Assembly: GCA_963665325.3 (NCBI GenBank)
Contig: OZ224045.1
Coordinates: 1,152,001-1,216,000, forward strand
Origin: Alphaproteobacteria bacterium
GTDB lineage: Bacteria; Pseudomonadota; Alphaproteobacteria; Bin95
DNA length: 64,000 nt
Reading direction: 5' to 3'
Shown here: positions 30,941 to 40,025 of the stretch, piece after piece
Numbering within the stretch: the stretch's first letter is position 1
How the letters are laid out: each line of letters begins with the position of its first letter
Notes under the pieces: generated by a model
The model's database searches: none
What the model saw: the letters and a program-made list of their open reading frames with translations, nothing else
What the model was told of the DNA's origin: nothing
Made by a program: the position numbers and the translations under genes

Positions 30941-31246
30941 ATGGCTGCCCCGAATGTGACCGTACGGATATCGAGCACCTTTCTGACCCACTACTTCGGT
31001 AAGGGGCTTACCGACGAGCTCTACGCGATTGAACGCTACAAGACGACGATAGATGGCGAGATTCGCCGTCTTTCGAAGGGGCGGCAGGTAGACTGTCTGG
31101 CGCTCTCCCTCGCGGTCGTCCTTGAACTGCGGCCGGCAAGGAACGAGATAATCATATGCACGGGCAAGCGGCGTCGGGGTGGTATCCAATATTGGGGTGA
31201 CCTAGCGACGGGGCTTTTTGCCGAAGGCAAGCGGAAGCGGCAGTGA
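30941..31246 (+). CDS. hypothetical protein
   Basis: AAGGA RBS plus ATG; stop overlaps the next gene (GTGA). Confidence 0.55.
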   Translation: MAAPNVTVRISSTFLTHYFGKGLTDELYAIERYKTTIDGEIRRLSKGRQVDCLALSLAVVLELRPARNEIIICTGKRRRGGIQYWGDLATGLFAEGKRKRQ

Positions 31247-31860
31247 TGTTGGTCATTCCGTTCCCGACGAAACGACGGAGACGACCACACCGTCCAGGTA
31301 TCCGAGCTCTCTTTGCCATGCGACGTGCCGCAGGGCTCTGTCCTGAATGCGGCACGGCTCCACCAGAGAAAGGGTATCCCCTTTGTGCCACGTGTCTCGC
31401 CATCCGGCGACACCTACAGAAAATGGATATGCGTGATCGGACCGCCCTTAGGCGCAAGAAGGGCCTCTGCACTCGCTGTGGCAATAATCCTCCCGAGCCA
31501 GATATCGACAGCTGCCTAGCATGTGCTACGAGGGATCGCGCAAAAGCATTGCGTAATTACCGCCGTAGTTCAGCCATGCGCAAAGCGAGCCGCCTCTGTG
31601 TCCGGTGCGGTAAGAGACCGCCGGAGCGGGGAACGGATGACTGCGGGCAGTGTCGCGATCAACAACGACACCTCCGTCATCGCGCCATTCCATGTTTTCC
31701 CACCCGGTACACCGTCATCGAGCGACGGACCGGTGAGGATCATGGAACCTGGGAGAGCCTTGCCGAGGTTGCTGCCGCTCTGGCATATGCGAAGCTCTCG
31801 GCTGCTGACGTAGAGATCTTCACGGATGCCTCGCCCGCATATCCGCTCACCCTGCACTAG
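31243..31860 (+). CDS. Cys-rich repeat protein (three CxxC...CxxC units; putative zinc-binding)
   Basis: GLCPECG...CATC, GLCTRCG...CLAC, RLCVRCG...CGQC. Confidence 0.7.
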   Translation: MMLVIPFPTKRRRRPHRPGIRALFAMRRAAGLCPECGTAPPEKGYPLCATCLAIRRHLQKMDMRDRTALRRKKGLCTRCGNNPPEPDIDSCLACATRDRAKALRNYRRSSAMRKASRLCVRCGKRPPERGTDDCGQCRDQQRHLRHRAIPCFPTRYTVIERRTGEDHGTWESLAEVAAALAYAKLSAADVEIFTDASPAYPLTLH

Positions 31861-33075
31861 CAAGACTTATGTCCTAATGACCACCTTTGGGGGTGACACC
31901 GTGCGTGTCGCCCCATCATTTTGATAACGAATTATTTCCAAGGCGATCTTGCCTATTCGACATATATATAGAAAAGGGGCAACGGACGAATCCGTTGCCC
32001 CCGGAGGAGGAAAAGTGCGTGGTCCAAGAAGATACAAAGCATTTCAGCACCAGAGATGAACCACTCTGACCGACTAGGAAAGGACACAGACCGGTGAGAA
32101 TAACACTCCCCACTGGGAAATCCAACCACGTTGCCCGCACAGGGTGCGCAGGCACTCACAATTCCTCCCACCACAACAGGATGTCCTAAAGCCGTATTGG
32201 AGTCAAGCCGCAGGTCCGAACTGAGAATCGACAGTGAACGGGTATGACCACCACCGTACCAGTGCTCGACCAACGTCAGGGCTCATCCCCCATGCCGGTC
32301 ACACTGCATCTTCCTTACCTGTCTCGTCATCGCCAGCTCCCCATGCATATTGCTCAATATTATTATTGACTCCGGCGTCGTACTCTGCCAGCCTCCTGTC
32401 GTTCAGCACCAGAACTGAATCAGAGAATGACAGAATAGGAAAGGAAACCAACTATGCTGGTATAGCCAAGGTCAACCACTTACCGGTGGTGCTGACCTTC
32501 ATTCGCGGAGCCTTGCCGATCGGGAGGTTCCGCGAACACTTGTCCACGAACTCCGAATTACCCGTCATGTCGACCGCCTCACCCGAGGCGGCAACCCTAT
32601 ACTCAGAAACTACGACCATGGAGAAACACCATGACTGACTTCAAAATGCTAGCCTTACCTCTTTTCTGCCCCCTGACGTCGCCTGTCATTTGTATGACGA
32701 GCTCACACCGAAGGAATAGATGGCGATGGCGTCATTAACAGTATATTGCCGCCAGTGCTTGAGAACTTGGTGTGCTGAGGCATTACCTGATATAATTCGC
32801 CAATGCAACAGAGAACACTGCCCTCGACAGGCACCTGATAGCAAACAGTTTGATGCAAAGGCAGCGCTCTCTTTATTGGGTTCATTTGGCGCCCGAACAA
32901 CGGGTTATAAGATGTCCGCTCTAATTCATTACCTCGAGTAACTACAATCGTATAGAAAACACCATAATCTCTTCGCCTTGACTAACTCACCGTTGATCCC
33001 TTTTCATTTCCTGCAAAATGTCATTCAACTACCGACCATAATGAGACGCTGGATTCACGTCAACCTATTACAGAC

Positions 33076-33417
33076 TTGGTCAATCCCAATATTGATGAAC
33101 AAGAACAAGCACCTTATGAATTCATAAGAACATTCACAGTGGGTGCGACTGGAGACGATGTAAAGATATTGCAGAGATATTTGAATAACTTTGGATTTAT
33201 CGTCTCAGAGGTAGGATGGGGCTCACCAGGAAATGAGAGCACGTACTTCGGAATCAAGACAAAGCGGGCACTTGCACAGTACCAAGCCCACTACCACGAA
33301 GACATCCTCCTACCACTTGGTTTGAGTTATGGAACAGGTTATTTTGGCAAGAGCACAATCGCACATATAAATGGAAAAATTGTTGAAAAGCAGCTGAGTA
33401 TGCTGTTGACCAAATAG
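33076..33417 (+). CDS. peptidoglycan-binding domain protein (possibly a 5'-truncated fragment)
   Basis: GATGDDVKILQRYLN...YFGIKTKRALAQYQ...GYFGKST; frame open from 32986 without an ATG. Confidence 0.7.
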   Translation: MVNPNIDEQEQAPYEFIRTFTVGATGDDVKILQRYLNNFGFIVSEVGWGSPGNESTYFGIKTKRALAQYQAHYHEDILLPLGLSYGTGYFGKSTIAHINGKIVEKQLSMLLTK

Positions 33418-33480
33418 GGCATTTGGCGATTGAAAGTCGTTCCAGCAATTCCAACATACTGGCCATTCTTCCTTCCGATT

Positions 33481-34974
33481 TCAAAAATATCGTTCAAACA
33501 AGCACGATATTGGTTTTGGCACTTCAAAAGTTTGATTTGTAACTCGGTTTGGGAGGCCAGAAAAGACACTACCGCCTTTCTGAGCCTGACAAACCCAATC
33601 GTGTGGCTTGAAATAAGGAGTTTTCCCGATTACTGTCCGGTTCGAAAACGTGTTTTCAATCAGTATACGCTTTTCTGTGGGATCAAGTGTTTCGTATAGT
33701 AATGAAAGGCGTTTTGTGAGTTCGATAAAGTGTTTGAGATGATGGGAGAGGATGTTGGGATTTGGAAGCTGGTGGAGTTGTTCCTTTAGTTCTGTAAGTG
33801 TAGTTATCGTTTCATGTTTTTTTGTTAGATATGTTTGATTGTCAAGTGTTCCATCCACGAGTAGATCGGTGATACGTTCAAGTCGTTTCTCTTCTGCATG
33901 TATTCGTAGTTTCAAGGAGTGTTGTTGATGTTTCTGCTCAAGCTCGATACACGCGGCATTCCAGTTGCTTTCCATTTGGTCGCAAGCGTCCTTGGTAAAC
34001 TCGTACATTCGTAGTGCAGAAGTGATGTGTTCGTCCAAAACTTCTTCACGCAATGTCTTGGTCGGACAGTTGCGTCCATGACAGCGGTAATAAACATGTC
34101 CTTTCTGCAACTCGGGTGTCATAGGAAGTTTGCAAAGCCCGCAACGAAATAGACCACGAAACACATGGTGGTGCTTAGTCTTCTTGGGACCATACTTGCC
34201 AGCCTTGATGTCTTGTACTCGCTTGAACAGAGAAACGGGAATGATTGGTTCATGTATTCCTTGGTAAGTTTCACCGCATCCTCGCAAGAAAATGACTCCG
34301 GTATAGAAAGGGTTGCGAAGCATGGTCTCAATTCCACACATACTGAGAGGACGACCGTTCTGGTTTCTGAAGCCCTGCCGGTGTATCTCTTCGCGCAGAC
34401 TCCGTAGTGAGTGCTGGCCGGTGGCATACAACTCGAAGGCTTGTCTGACAAGCTGTGCTGTCGTCGGGCATGGTGTCTTCGCCTGTCCTTTCCCGTTGTC
34501 CAGATATCCCAAAGGTGCTCGGAAGGGATACAACCCCTGCTTTAGGCGGCCTCGGATACCCTTCCTGGTCTCCTCACGGAGGTTGCGGATATAGTCGGCG
34601 GCAATGACAGCGAGCATGTCAGCCGTGAGCCGTCCTCCCCGGGTAGTGAAGTCAAGACTTTCGGTCGCGACGTAGACGTCTATTCCCTGGTCGGGAAGCT
34701 CGGAGACAATCGACCAATCCTTGAGGTTCCTGGCGGAGCGGTCAATCTTGTGCATGATGAGACCTGTCGCCGCCCCCTTTCGCAGCTGTCGGAGCATGTT
34801 GTTGAAGACTGGCCTGCCGCTCTTTGCAGCAGTTTCTTTTTCTTCAAACCATTTCGTGACGTACAGCTCATTTTTTTGAGCAAAGGAGACAATAGCGTCC
34901 TTCTGCTCCTGCAAGGATACCCCCTCCCCTTGCTTCACTGTACTGACCCTAATGTATCCGTAACAAGTTTTCAT
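33481..34974 (-). CDS. large serine recombinase (resolvase + recombinase + zinc ribbon)
   Basis: YIRVST catalytic Ser, DRSAR, PLGY, NPFYTG, HEPII, CGLC...YYRC. Confidence 0.93.
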   Translation of the reverse strand: MKTCYGYIRVSTVKQGEGVSLQEQKDAIVSFAQKNELYVTKWFEEKETAAKSGRPVFNNMLRQLRKGAATGLIMHKIDRSARNLKDWSIVSELPDQGIDVYVATESLDFTTRGGRLTADMLAVIAADYIRNLREETRKGIRGRLKQGLYPFRAPLGYLDNGKGQAKTPCPTTAQLVRQAFELYATGQHSLRSLREEIHRQGFRNQNGRPLSMCGIETMLRNPFYTGVIFLRGCGETYQGIHEPIIPVSLFKRVQDIKAGKYGPKKTKHHHVFRGLFRCGLCKLPMTPELQKGHVYYRCHGRNCPTKTLREEVLDEHITSALRMYEFTKDACDQMESNWNAACIELEQKHQQHSLKLRIHAEEKRLERITDLLVDGTLDNQTYLTKKHETITTLTELKEQLHQLPNPNILSHHLKHFIELTKRLSLLYETLDPTEKRILIENTFSNRTVIGKTPYFKPHDWVCQAQKGGSVFSGLPNRVTNQTFEVPKPISCLFERYF

Positions 34975-35176
34975 ATATACAAATGATTAGTCATGACATT
35001 TCGATTCTCGCGTACTTTCAGAAAATTGCAAGTGAGTATCATCGCTCCACGGGAAGGAGTCTTCTTTCAGCATGCGAAGAAATACCTGCCGACACAGGTG
35101 CAGATATCGTTCAAGCTGTTCGTCATGTTCCATGGACAGCACTTTCAATGCGGAAGGCGTAAAAAAAAAGTCCCCG

Positions 35177-36346
35177 TCACTCCCGTCCAGGGGGAGGCAA
35201 GGTAGTCATGGTGAATGGTCGGCTCGGCTCGCCGTCGATCATCATGCGGATGAAGGCGTGATGGTTGTGCAGGTTCACCAGGTCCCGCGCTTCGCCGTAG
35301 TCAAGCTGCGCGGCGAGGAGCGGTGCGTCAGAGGCGCCGACCCTGAAGCAAATCATGGTACCGACATTCCCCATGATTGAGGCAAGGACCGTATCGCGGT
35401 TCTGTTTCGTGTGTTGCTGACTGAGGACGACGCCGAGGCAATATTTTCTTGTCTCCGAGAGCAGGTCGGCAAGGGTCTCGGTCGTGAAGGAATGAAACTC
35501 GTCGACGTAGAGGAAGAAGGCACGCCGATTCCCCTCGGGCACGTCGTGTCGGGTGAACGCGGCGTTTGTCATCGCGGACACCAGCAATCCGCCGAGGACG
35601 TTGGTAATGTCGCCCCCGATACGTCCCTTGGCGAGATTGACGATGAGTGTCTGCCCTTCGTCCATGATCCTACGGAACCGCAGCGGTTCCTTCGGCTCGC
35701 AGAGTGCGGTACGGACCACGGGATGGGCGAGGAACGCTCCGAGCTTGTTGGCGATCGGGGCCAATCCGTCCGCTGCCTTCTTGTAGTTCATCGCCGGATA
35801 TTCCCTGATCCAGAACTGCTTGACCTGTGGGTCCGCGATATGAGCGATGGTCTGCTTCCTGAAGGCGCTGTCGAGGAAGAGGCGCAGAATATCGCGAAGG
35901 TCGGTGCTGGGGGTATCGAGCAGTGCCAGGATGGCGTGGCGCAGCAAGTGCTCCATGCGCACGCCCCAGGCATCCGTCCACTGCTTGCGCAAGGTTTCGA
36001 TCAATCCGGAGGCGATGAGCGGTCGGAGTGCTGGCGAGGTCCGCGTCAGCGGGTTGTAACCGTACGGGCTGTTTGGATCGGCAATATCCCATGAAATGGC
36101 AGTGTCGGCACAACGCTCGGAGAGAGCGTCAGCAAGATCGCCATGCGGATCGATGAGAGCGAACCCTGTCCCGTGTTCGGCGTCCTGCACCGCCATATTC
36201 AAAAGCAGGGTGGATTTCCCCGTGCCGGTCTGACCGATGATATAGGTGTGCATGAAGCGGTCGTGCTCCCGAAGACCGAACGGCACCATGCCCTGCCGGT
36301 CATTCGCCCGGCCGAGTATGAGAAGTGGGTTGTTTGCACTTGCCAT
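35177..36346 (-). CDS. VirD4/TrwB-like coupling ATPase (HerA/DUF87-type), no TM anchor
   Basis: HTYIIGQTGTGKS, LIDPHGD, VNLAKGRIG, LYVDEFH, ETRKY, FRVG. Confidence 0.88.
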   Translation of the reverse strand: MASANNPLLILGRANDRQGMVPFGLREHDRFMHTYIIGQTGTGKSTLLLNMAVQDAEHGTGFALIDPHGDLADALSERCADTAISWDIADPNSPYGYNPLTRTSPALRPLIASGLIETLRKQWTDAWGVRMEHLLRHAILALLDTPSTDLRDILRLFLDSAFRKQTIAHIADPQVKQFWIREYPAMNYKKAADGLAPIANKLGAFLAHPVVRTALCEPKEPLRFRRIMDEGQTLIVNLAKGRIGGDITNVLGGLLVSAMTNAAFTRHDVPEGNRRAFFLYVDEFHSFTTETLADLLSETRKYCLGVVLSQQHTKQNRDTVLASIMGNVGTMICFRVGASDAPLLAAQLDYGEARDLVNLHNHHAFIRMMIDGEPSRPFTMTTLPPPGRE

Positions 36347-36797
36347 GGGGCAATGATGGCGTTTCGTCCTGCCGTGTACCACTCCCTGCCGTTCTCGATC
36401 ATCGCCATTCCCGAATATCGGGAATGGTCGGTACTTTGTTGCCGTCCCTTCGTTCTCCATTATGGATACAGAACCAAAGGAAGAAGGCCCAGGAAGTACT
36501 GAGGACGACGGACGTAGACATGTCTTACATATCGTGTTGTGGCAGTCGTGCCGGTCGTCATTGCTTTGGCGGTCATCTTGTTCGTTTTCGAGCCGGATAT
36601 ACCCGTTCTTCCCAAGGAGGATCGGTCGGCTCTGGATTGAGGCGTTCACGTCGATGAACCTGTCTCAGTCGGGGAGAGAGTAATCGCCGTTTGCGAGTCT
36701 CGTGCTCGGAGCAATGGGGTGAAAGGACGGCAGTCCTTTCGCGTCTCTTGTCTCCGGAGCGCGCTATATCTCCCACCTTACTCGCTACAGATATACC

Positions 36798-37154
36798 ATG
36801 CTCAAAGAATTTCTCTACGACCTGAAGTCCGCCAGAAAGCGTGCCGGTCTCACGCAATCCGATTGCGGCCACCTCGTCGGTGTCTCCAACAACGTCATCT
36901 CCCAGATTGAACTCGGACAGCGCCTTCCGACCGTGCGGGAGCTCTGCGCTCTCTCCGTCATTTACAATCAGCGCTTCGACAGTCTGTACACCGCCATTCT
37001 GCGCCGTGTATGCAGTGACGTTGCGGTAAAGCTCGCGTCATTGCCGGAAGCGCCCCACACTTGGCTCATCCGTCACGGACAGAGACGGACGCGGACGCTT
37101 GCTCGGCTGACGAAGACCTTACAAGCCGATTCCCTTAAGACGATATGCGGGTAG
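36798..37154 (+). CDS. XRE-family helix-turn-helix protein
   Basis: RKRAGLTQSDCGHLVGVSNNVISQIELGQRLP. Confidence 0.85.
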   Translation: MLKEFLYDLKSARKRAGLTQSDCGHLVGVSNNVISQIELGQRLPTVRELCALSVIYNQRFDSLYTAILRRVCSDVAVKLASLPEAPHTWLIRHGQRRTRTLARLTKTLQADSLKTICG

Positions 37155-37636
37155 GCAGTCAGCGTGTGCTCTCCGTCGCCACACGCACCGAGCGGGTTGG
37201 CTGCGTCGTCATGGAAGATGGCGACCTGATGTTCTGGCAAGGAGCCGCGAACGCCGGCAGAGACCCGATGGAGGCTGGTGCCCGGCTTGCCCGCTGGGTC
37301 CGCGACTACCGCCCCGACATCATCGTCTCTCAGGACCCCAACGCGCCCGGCAGGAAGCACGGCACTCAGGTCGATATCCTCCGGGCATTTGCCCGTGTCG
37401 CGGGCGAAGCTGTGGCGGTCAACCTTGTCGTGCGACGCGAGCATCCCTTTGAAAATGTATATGTCGAAGCGCAACATCTGGCAGCGCAGTTTCCGGACTT
37501 GCAGGACATGACACCGGAGAAACCTCCGATCTGGCGCAAGGAACCATACCGTCTGGTGTTCTTCGAGGCCCTGGCGCTGGTGCGGGACGCGGGTCTGCTC
37601 GCGCCATTCTCGCAGATGCCCGAGGACGACCGGTAG
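37145..37636 (+). CDS. hypothetical protein, possibly a degenerate RuvC/RNase H-like fold
   Basis: RVLSVATRTERVGCVVMEDG three-strand start and YRPDIIVSQD resemble the RuvC pattern, with the acidic residues altered. Confidence 0.55.
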   Translation: MRVGSQRVLSVATRTERVGCVVMEDGDLMFWQGAANAGRDPMEAGARLARWVRDYRPDIIVSQDPNAPGRKHGTQVDILRAFARVAGEAVAVNLVVRREHPFENVYVEAQHLAAQFPDLQDMTPEKPPIWRKEPYRLVFFEALALVRDAGLLAPFSQMPEDDR

Positions 37637-37784
37637 CCAACCGGTTCGTTTGATTGTTGCGTAGTGCCGTCGTGGCATCGACGTCTGTGCGCATGCGCTT
37701 GCGTGCCCGCCGGCGAGGCAATGGCGATATTGCCTTGCGCGCGGTCATGTGCTTGGCTCCATGTTGCAAACACGCCTTGGACTT

Positions 37785-37945
37785 CCCGCTCTGTCGGGTC
37801 GTCCGCTGAATAGAAGAGCCTGATACCCGGCAAGGGGTAGCTCCCCGCGCTTGGCGAATAAGCGGAAACCTCCTGATTCCAGGGTGTGTTTGCAACGGCC
37901 CGACGCCAGCCGGCGTCGAGCTACGCAACCGACTGGAGGAAGACC
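37785..37945 (+). promoter_or_regulatory. conserved structured 161-nt leader, copy 1
   Basis: Homologous to 44109-44269; contains the GGGG-TAGCT-CCCC hairpin and the GGAGG RBS. Confidence 0.75.
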
Positions 37946-38848
37946 ATGTTCAACCGCTTCGCCATTACCACCGCCATCGCCTTTGCGCTTGCCGCCTGTG
38001 GAGGCGGCGGGTCGGGAGGCAGTCCGAAAACCACCATGAACGACGAGAGTAAGACCGGAAATACGCCCATGGCGGAAAGGCCAGCCCCGCAAGCCGTAAG
38101 GACCTTAGGTGAAAACGAACTGCTAATCGGCAGGGCTAGTAGGTCTCAGCATGTAGTGGGCTCGGAGTATATCAGAAAGCCGATTCCCGCTGGGGTTACG
38201 TGGGTAACGGCGACTGAATATCGCGTATACGATGTTGTCAATAGGAGTTACAGCCCTCAAGCAGCAGAGGAAGATGGACTGCTTAGCCAGTCCTTCTATT
38301 ACGGTCATTGGTCAGACAGAAATATGATGCTGTATTTCGGCGGTTGGCAATACGATCCGCTGACGATAAGGCGGATAGCTCGTTTCAACGTCAGCCTAGG
38401 GAATGATGAAATCATAGGGTCGGTTTCTGGCGTTCAGCCACTAACAAAATTTGCAGACAGTCCCCGCATCCAATCTCAGAAGATGGTGAATTACGGCGGG
38501 ACTCTTGTTGGTTTTACCACAAGCAACAAACAGCCTTTGGGAGCAGAAGTAAGCATCCAACTCAACTTAGGAAACGACGTGACAGGCACATTTGATCTCG
38601 CCGGGCTCTCCACAATTGAACGCGATGGCTCTCTGAAACCCTTTCTTGGGGGGAACCTCCACCATGACATTGCTGTCACCGGCAATACCTTCACTACAAC
38701 GGGCGGTGACCCTGGAACCGTAACAGGCTTCTTTGCCGGTGAGACTCACCAAGCCGCAGCAGGAACAGTCCAGCATTCCGCTTTCACCGGCGCTTTCGGT
38801 GCCGAACCTTTTGGCTCCTCGGAACCAACGGCGCGAGCGCCGAATTGA
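37946..38848 (+). CDS. surface lipoprotein with TbpB-like C-terminal beta-barrel
   Basis: Lipobox LAAC-GGGGSGG; C-terminal VTGFFAGETHQAAAGTV...GAFGA. Confidence 0.75.
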   Translation: MFNRFAITTAIAFALAACGGGGSGGSPKTTMNDESKTGNTPMAERPAPQAVRTLGENELLIGRASRSQHVVGSEYIRKPIPAGVTWVTATEYRVYDVVNRSYSPQAAEEDGLLSQSFYYGHWSDRNMMLYFGGWQYDPLTIRRIARFNVSLGNDEIIGSVSGVQPLTKFADSPRIQSQKMVNYGGTLVGFTTSNKQPLGAEVSIQLNLGNDVTGTFDLAGLSTIERDGSLKPFLGGNLHHDIAVTGNTFTTTGGDPGTVTGFFAGETHQAAAGTVQHSAFTGAFGAEPFGSSEPTARAPN

Positions 38849-39061
38849 CAGCCTCCGATAGTTATGGCGAGGCCATCAACGACACTCGTATTCGCAGCAC
38901 CGGTGGTGTCAGCGGAACGCTCCTCGCCCGCCTTTACGGAAACGACCATGAACAAATCGCAGGCTCAATCGAGCGTGAAGACCTCATAGCAGCGACTCCC
39001 GCTCAAGCCCAAGGGTAGTCGCGTAAGCGAGCTAATGTCGCAAAGCAGCGTTCAGGGTTGG

Positions 39062-40024
39062 TCATACCCGACCGATCCTGAACGCCGACAATTCTGCCCT
39101 GAGCCAGTCGCCCTCCAGCAGATCAAGGTCGGGCATCGGTGGTGAGAATACCGTGCCGAATACCTCCCATGACCGAAACAGCATCCGCGAGCGCACCGAT
39201 GGTGCGTACTGCTCAACCAGCGGGAGGAGTTGTGCGAGGCGTGCTTCGTCGTTGACAACCGTCAAGACTAGCATCGGTGCACGGAGCCGGAGGTGGTCGC
39301 GGTAGCGGTTGCCTCCGAGATAGTTTTCATATTGCAAGAGCGAGCGCCGCCAGCTCTTTCTGTTGAAATTTGCCGACACGGCTGGTTCGGTTGCGCGATC
39401 GGCCTCAACAAGAAAGCAGCGATACCGACTGCCCTCGGGTGTCTTGTACTCCAGGCCGAAGAGCGCGTCGGGAACAAGGTCGATGCAACGCGTCTGCCCC
39501 TCGTCGTGGATATGCACCGGAGCGCGAAGCGCGACATCGGCGCGACCGAGAAGAAACGACTGCGAGAGGAACGCGAGGTCATCCCGTCCCCTCACCGCCG
39601 CTTCAATCGACGCGGTGATGCAGGCGACCATGCAGGCATGCAGCCACGGACCGTTCGTTGCCGGACGATGCAGATACCAGTACCCCGCGTCACTGAGCGC
39701 TTGCTCTGAGGCTGGCGTGAGATCGTAGACCAACTGCTTGTAGCGGCTGTCGAGCGTGCGGAACTGTTGTGGCGGCCGGGAGAGGTAGGCGCTGCCGTGC
39801 GGTGTGTTCTCCTCGTTGAAGAGATCCGTGAGTCGCTCTTTCGCGCGTTTCCCGCTTTTGTGCGTGTCCTTGGCGAGTGCCAGAAGAAACGACGATGGGA
39901 GCGGTCCATGCTCGTAGAGTTTTTGAAACCATAGAAGGTCGCGGTCCGTCGGTGTAACCCGCTTGCCGCTCGATATGCGATGCGCGCGCTTGCGCCGTCC
40001 GATGGCGTCGTGCTGTTCGCTCAT
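39062..40024 (-). CDS. replication-relaxation (Replic_Relax) family protein
   Basis: N-terminal HTH-like TDRDLLWFQKL, YDLT, WLH, PDALFGL...FLVEADRATEP (PD-(D/E)xK-like); directly after a coupling-protein gene. Confidence 0.85.
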   Translation of the reverse strand: MSEQHDAIGRRKRAHRISSGKRVTPTDRDLLWFQKLYEHGPLPSSFLLALAKDTHKSGKRAKERLTDLFNEENTPHGSAYLSRPPQQFRTLDSRYKQLVYDLTPASEQALSDAGYWYLHRPATNGPWLHACMVACITASIEAAVRGRDDLAFLSQSFLLGRADVALRAPVHIHDEGQTRCIDLVPDALFGLEYKTPEGSRYRCFLVEADRATEPAVSANFNRKSWRRSLLQYENYLGGNRYRDHLRLRAPMLVLTVVNDEARLAQLLPLVEQYAPSVRSRMLFRSWEVFGTVFSPPMPDLDLLEGDWLRAELSAFRIGRV

Positions 40025-40025
40025 C

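Noticed and set aside
31860-33075. Alternative genetic code or hidden long gene in the AT-rich island segment
   Set aside because: The frames I read contain TAA/TAG as well as TGA, and the neighbouring recombinase reads normally in code 11. The short ORFs (32234-32638, 32720-32941) have no recognisable motif.
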